A stretch of DNA of 64,000 bases from Octopus bimaculoides (Eukaryota): contig NC_069001.1 in NCBI RefSeq assembly GCF_001194135.2, forward strand, positions 36,723,064-36,787,063, written 5' to 3'. Each line of letters begins with the position of its first letter. Position 1 is the first letter of the stretch. The notes under the pieces were generated by a model. That model worked only from the letters and a program-made list of their open reading frames with translations, was not told where the DNA came from and did not search any database. Made by a program: the position numbers and the translations under genes. Of the stretch, positions 51,301-59,008 are shown one piece after another.

Positions 51301-54300
51301 TTAACTTCATGTACCTTGCAAAGACTTTACTACCTTCATCAATTCAACATCATCTCATACCTTTTTCTGTATTTAAAGCATTTTTTGAAAACAATTTACA
51401 TTTCCACCATAATATCATTACATTTTTCACATTTCAATTTTGATCTTGATTTTTAAATCATATATTCTTATTTTAGATCATTTTTAAATTGCTGCCGGCG
51501 CCAAAACCACATTTTCTTTAGACGTACCAAAATATAGTCTGGCTCTTACCTTACTTCATTAAACCTTATCTTGGTTTCTTTTTCTTTTTTTTTTTTCTTC
51601 ACCCCACTCCCCTCCTTGGATAAACTAAATATCCATTACAGTTATTTATGTCTCTCAAAAACAGTCATGTCTCGCTTGTAACATATATCTCCACTTCTAA
51701 AACTATTTTCATGAAGTACCTAGAAACTTAAAACCTTCGTTGCATTTCTTTATCTTTTTCATTACATCCATTACCTTTTCTCTCTCTTTTCCATCTCCCT
51801 CTCATCTATCAGTCTGTCTATCTGGTCTGTCACTCTATCTGTCTGTCACACTATCTATTTGTATATATCTCTCTCTCTGTCTATCTATCTATCCATCTGT
51901 CTGTCTTGTCTGTCACACTACCTATTTATCTATATCTCTCTCTCTATCTATCTATTAGTCTGTCTGGTGCTCTACCTATTTATCTATCTCTCTATCTAAT
52001 CTATCACTCTATCTGTCTGTCCATCTTTCAGTCTCTCTCTCTATCGATCTATGTAATCTATCTGTGTGTTTATCTCTCTATCCACTTGCCTATCTATCTG
52101 TTTCGTTTCCCTTTCAAGGTAATTCTTTGGAATTGAGATTTTGCTGTCTAATAATTGACTAGGAGTGACTTCACACCTTTTTACAATGCATTCATGTTGT
52201 AAGAATCATGCCGCCTTACAGCACGTGTCTGTTGTAAGAAAGTATGATTTGTACATTTATGTTTCAAACTATAGATAAATTCTTCATACATTCTCAAACC
52301 ATTCCCTTTCTCTCTCTGTCTTTCCCCTACCTACCTACCTACAACAATACATACACACACATGTCTATGTCAGTATAATAGAATTAGGAAATCCTTGTTG
52401 CATTAGTGTATATTTGAAGAAAATTAATAAGAATGGCTTTTCTGGAAATTATTTTCTAGTTAAATAATTAAATGTTCACAAATCATGTTGTTTAGTAAAT
52501 GATACAATTTGTAAACATCTAATTATTAAAGTGAAAAATAACTACCAGAAAAGTCATTTTATTCATTTCTTTCAAACATATATATATATAGAAAAAAATT
52601 TTAATTAAGGTACTCAGAAACCTGGATGTTTGTACATTTACAGATTTTTATTAATGTCACATATTAAATGAAGCGCTTTTCACCTAGTCGTGTAGGTTTT
52701 TCAAATTTTGAAAAACCTACACGACTAGGTGAAAAGCGCTTCATTTAATATGTGACATTAATNNNNNNNNNNNNNNNNNNNNNNNNNNNNNNNNNNNNNN
52801 NNNNNNNNNNNNNNNNNNNNNNNNNNNNNNNNNNNNNNNNNNNNNNNNNNNNNNNNNNNNNNNNNNNNNNNNNNNNNNNNNNNNNNNNNNNNNNNNNNNN
52901 NNNNNNNNNNNNNNNNNNNNNNNNNNNNNNNNNNNNNNNNNNNNNNNNNNNNNNNNNNNNNNNNNNNNNNNNNNNNNNNNNNNNNNNNNNNNNNNNNNNN
53001 NNNNNNNNNNNNNNNNNNNNNNNNNNNNNNNNNNNNNNNNNNNNNNNNNNNNNNNNNNNNNNNNNNNNNNNNNNNNNNNNNNNNNNNNNNNNNNNNNNNN
53101 NNNNNNNNNNNNNNNNNNNNNNNNNNNNNNNNNNNNNNNNNNNNNNNNNNNNNNNNNNNNNNNNNNNNNNNNNNNNNNNNNNNNNNNNNNNNNNNNNNNN
53201 NNNNNNNNNNNNNNNNNNNNNNNNNNNNNNNNNNNNNNNNNNNNNNNNNNNNNNNNNNNNNNNNNNNNNNNNNNNNNNNNNNNNNNNNCATTCTTTTTCC
53301 TGCAAACAATTTTACCTATGTTGACCCAGATTTGGCAGTCCTTTTATCAAAAACATCCAAATTGTGACCATCCCACCTTATTTTTTGGTGGTGAGTTATC
53401 TTTCTAACATTGAATCATTTAATCTCTCTCTCCCTCTCTCTCTCCCTCTCCCTCTCTCTTTCTCTCTCTCCACCAGCATCGGCAATCTTGGACTTCTATG
53501 CCAATGTTTAAAGATTCAAGATTTTTCATGGAAAAGATACAGCAGTGATTTTTCCATTGCCTTTTTTGCTAGTTTACAGTTTGTTCCGCTTGTCCCTTGC
53601 TCTCTTAAGCTTACCTTTGAGACACGGAGCCTATTAAACTCTGAGCTAGAATTGGTTCATGTGAGAGCAGGGCATGTTCACACAAACTGGAGGGCCTGAG
53701 TCACACAATGATGTCATAAGAATAGTAGTGAACACCCAAAGTTGTGCGCAGAGGCAGGATGCTTGTGTAGGGTTAGCCATGAATGGTCGATGTAATATTG
53801 AGGTTGTGGTCTATGAAACAGCAGTAGTGTTGTCAAAAACAGCAAGAAGGGACACACACGAAAATGTGTTGGAGCAATGCAGAGCCCTTTTAAAACTAGG
53901 CTAAATAATCACAAGTACTCTTTGAGAATCTAAGAGAGACACAATGTTACAACATTAGCCATGTATGGTGGGTAAAAGAGGAAAGTACACCATACAAAAT
54001 TGACTGGTAACTGCTTGAACAACCTGGGCCATAGTTGAGCAGGTGTTGCAAGTTTTGCTTGGTCTAGGGAAGAAAAATTCTAAGCAGTTCACCCAATGGA
54101 AGTACTTCCTTAAACTCAAAAAGCAAAATATTTAGTTGCTGCCTTCATAATAAAGAATCATTTACTTAATACCATGGGAAGCAACTCTTTTCTTCCTACA
54201 AAAATGCTTTCAGTTTCCATCTGTCAAATCCACTCAAAAGGCTTTGGTCAGCCTGAGACTATACTAGAAGACACTTGCCCAAGGTGCCATGCATGGGACT

Positions 54301-55451
54301 GAACCCAGAACCATGTGATTGGAAAACGAATTTCTAACCACACAGCCATGCTTGCACTGATTGTATATATTTCCTAGCTGCTGTGTTAATCATTTGCTTC
54401 ACAACCCTGACCAAAGAGGGATTAAAATTTTGCTTCCAGCTCCTACATTTCCCTAGTGATCACACATCTAAGTTCTAACTAGGTTCAACGTTGCTTAACT
54501 TTAGTGATCAGACGAGAACCCATGTTTTTAACGTGATATGACTGTAACCCTACTGAACCTAGCTGATTCACTGATTGATTGACCAAATGATTTATCAAAC
54601 AGATGAGTTAATTAATTGGTTAAACGGTTAATTAGTTCATTAATAATTACAATTCTTTTTTTTTTTTCAATTGCTGTCTTATGTCCAAAATCAGTTTAAA
54701 TATATGTCTTTGTCAAGGTGGTCCAAATTTTGTTTCTATTCTTGAGGAACACATACTGGTTATATGAAATTTCACCATAACCATTTTTACCATCGGAAAA
54801 TTCACCTTAAGAAATTCCATTTTAAATGACCTCATCACATTTTTTTTAATGTTTGACATTAAATAAAGGCTTGCCTATTTAATATGCTAATATAATATGT
54901 TTTATCATTATCCATACACCAAATTTTCCTATGCAGTGGAATTTCTTAAACTGAATTTTCCAGACACAACACATATTCACATACACATATCTTTATATAT
55001 ATATATTATTATATATTTTGATGACTGTTTGTTTTTAATTAATCGTATACTAATCATATACTGTCTCCCATCGTACAGGAAATGAATCAATATTTAAGCT
55101 GGAAGGCAGGTCCAAACCAATGTTTGACGTCGAACATAAATATTTGCTGAAATTCCCCCCTTATCCATGAAATCATGTAAGTTTTAACCATTGACCCCCC
55201 AACCTCCTTTCTCTCCTCCCCCATGTCTCTTCCTCATGTCTTCTCGTACAGCCTCTTCCTCTTCCATCACAGTTCTTCTCGTCATGTTTCCTCATGTATA
55301 TGTATATACACATTTATTTATATATATATATATATATACACACACATTACATATATATTGTATTTACTTGTGTATAATAAGTCGCACTATTTTACACTTG
55401 ATTTTAACTGAAAATTCAGGGTTCAACTTATACCTGTGTAAGTATAGTGGT

Positions 55452-55506
<55 letters not shown>

Positions 55507-55786
55507 ATATATGTGTATGTATGTATGTATATATATATATATATATATATTTTTATACATACATATATACATGCCTCTTTTTCTACCTTCTCAAAATAAT
55601 GACCTCTGTTCCAATCATATTTTTATTTAAATTTAATTATTCATTATAATTTAATTTATTTTAATTGTGGCGTTAATTAATCAGTTTTTTCTGTTCGTTA
55701 TTTTAAATGTATTTTTTTTCTTTATTTCTTATTTATTTTGCTAATTCTACTCAACTTCTTTTTGAACTTTTTCCCTTTATTATTGC

Positions 55787-55840
<54 letters not shown>

Positions 55841-58800
55841 ACTATTATTATTATCATTTCTTCTAAGGCATACAAAACAACTAATTAATAATTTCTTTTC
55901 ACCAACTAACTTAGTCTTATCTTCCATTAATAATTAGCATGGTTAACCAATTTGCCAAAGAAGAAAAATTTCTTTGCTCTGTACGGAACATCAGATAATT
56001 TTGAATAACCAAAAGTTATATGCACATGTGTGGTGAGAGAGATGAAGAGAGATTAGTTTTTAGGAATTTTATCATTAACAACACATTCTGCAGACGTTAT
56101 TGACTGAAAATTTCTATGAGTTCTTGGCTTGGTAAAGGACATGCTCTCTTTTGACAGAATTTTTTTAGAGTAATCTAATAACTGGCTGTAGATTATGAGA
56201 AATTTAACATTTTGAGGTCATTCTCTATGTCTGAGAGTGTGGAAAGTAAAGAAAATGGTATTGATACTTCAAATATTAGATTTTTTGCATTTCGTGGCAT
56301 TTAAATTTAAAGAACTTGGAGCACATTTTCCAGACTGTCGCCAGGTTTCTAGGATATCAGATCTTATGATTGCTCTCTGTTTCCTTCTTCCTTGTAAGTT
56401 TTAGGACTTAAAACATGTTGTCACCACATTAAAATCTAATAATGAATTTGTCAAAAGACTTTTCTTTTTCCTTGAACACTTTGAGTGACTCCTATAGAAT
56501 CTTCTTGATGTTATGTATCATTTCCTTATGTGATGAGGGCCATAGCATCCCTACAATGAGCACCAATTTTGTAGACATTTCATTTCACATCAGTAATAAT
56601 AACTGTCTGTGTGTATGTATCCCTCATTTTCTCATCCTTCAGCTCTCCCCTCAGCTAAGGGATTTTGCCTTGTGAATACTTGTTGACTTGGTGACTCTCC
56701 AGATCAATAAATTAAAATACCAATCAAGTACTTAATTGAATGACCTCCTTTCCTCAAAAATTGGTGGCCTTGTGCCAGATTAGAAACAGTTATTATTAAA
56801 GTTGGTATTATGTCCTGAGTTCAAATCCTACCAAGGCTAACTTTGCCTTTCATCCTTTCGGGGGTTGATAAAATAAGTACCAGTTGAACACTGGGGTCTA
56901 TCTAATCGACTTGCCCCCTCTCCTGAAATTACTGGCCTTATGCCAAAATTTCAAACCCTTTCAGGTGCAGTCCCAGGAATTTTCTAAAGGGAGGCCACAA
57001 GGTCAGAAGGGAATACAATTCCAGGAGAAAAGGGCATAATAACATTATTTAGAAGAGTGCACTTCTTTTTTTGAGAGGGTGGGGGGTACGTGCCCCTCAG
57101 TCCACCCCTGACTTTAACATTCAAACCAGCCATATCTGGCCCAAATATTCTCCCTGTTTTATGGTGAAACCAGCCAGATCAAGCCTCTCTCACCTACCCT
57201 ACATTGTCATTCTGAAAGTAAGCTGCCTCTTCATCAAAATCTCAAAGCTGTGAGATAATACGTTATTAATTCAAACCAATGTGAAGGGATAACCATTTGT
57301 CTGAGTAATCTGGATGCTAGAATCGTTGATGAATTGGATAAAATGCTTCACAGCATTCCTTTGCATTCTTTGTTTTGAATTCCAATTCTGTTGAGGTTGA
57401 CTTTGCCATTCATCCTTCCAACTGGTCCAGTGCCAAAATTTGAAACCATTATTAAGAGAGTTGAGTCGGCAGAACCATTATCTCGATGGGGGAAAACGTT
57501 TTGCATTTTTGTTCCGGTTCTTCCTCTTCTTAGTTCAAATCTTGTTGGAGTTACTCTCACTATTTCTCTCTTCGGGGGATCAACAAATTAAGGTACTGTT
57601 CCGGTACTGGGAGTGGGGGGCACTGGCAGCAACCAACTCCCCACCCCCACTTTCCCCAAACAATTGGTGGTCTTTTGCGACTATGCTAAAAACATTTCTT
57701 TCGTAGAGGATGAATTCCTAAAAATTATGAGGGGGCCAATGATATTTAAGGGATTTAAGTCTTCATATTTTCATCTAAGATTTAAAGTTTTTATTTAATT
57801 AATTAATTTATTTATTTTTTATCATTCCCATTCTGCCCTATCTCATTTTCTCATCCCCCACTCCACTCTGCAACCAGCTGCTTTACAAATATTAAATAGT
57901 AATTGTATCAGGTATAGGATATGTCTTCTGGCATTATTATAATTATTAGAGAATATTTTTTTTTATTTTGAATGTTACCACTAACTTAACTATTGTTTTT
58001 CCATACAGATGGTGTTACTGAGTAAATAATTCATTCGTTTCTCAACATGCTAATTTTTCACGCCTAATCATCTGCAGTATCCTAATATCTACACAGTGAT
58101 TCTCTCTTTACTACCTCATCAAGTTCAGTGAAGTCTATGTTTTGCTGAAGAGGTCCAATAAGACTTAAACATGTCCAGAATTAACCCCACTTCTTGCACA
58201 CAAGAATCCATTAATATTTAGTTATTCAGCTAATGTTGTCTTTTTCCACAATGCACAAATATTTCTAATTAGATTTCATTGATGGTCATTAACACTTAAC
58301 TTAATTATTACCTTTCATGCTTATGTCATCTCTTGCTAATTAACATCAGCTATTTAATTATTAATTTTTTTTTTGTCTGCTAATTTATCCAGTTTTCCAT
58401 TTAAGTATTTACAATGACACTTTTGGAAGTTTCACACACAAAAAAAGATGTATGTTAAAAAGAGAAGAATAAGGATTTAAAATTCAAATTTGTAATGGTT
58501 GTGAGTTATAATAATTTACAGTGATATGTGAATATATACTTTATTTCTGTATTTGGTTTGCAAGATTCTTGATGTGAATTCATGTGTTGAAATGAATCCT
58601 TTTTGTTTTGGGAGGGTCATTATGCCAATAATAACACACATGCACTGATTCAATATCACTTCTTCAATGACTAACAATAAAGAGGTGATATTGAACCTAT
58701 GCCTGTGTTATTGCTGGTGTACTGACCCTCCCAATACACAGCAAGATAAATATATTCTTTAATGGAATTTGAATTAGTAATCTAGTCCCAGTGGTTTCAT

Positions 58801-58957
58801 GCTGACATGTTAGTCAGTATTTTGCCAACACAATGATACGCCACCATTGGTACTAAGTTACTAATCTAAATTTCATTAAAAAACATTTATTATCCACTTT
58901 TACTATCTTGAGCACTCTTTCTTTCATTTTCTTATTGAAGTATCATGTATCTGTGTG

Positions 58958-59008
<51 letters not shown>

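Noticed and set aside
56030-56620. Possible decayed LINE ORF on the minus strand
   Set aside because: Stop-riddled, and I could not recognise a diagnostic motif without a search.
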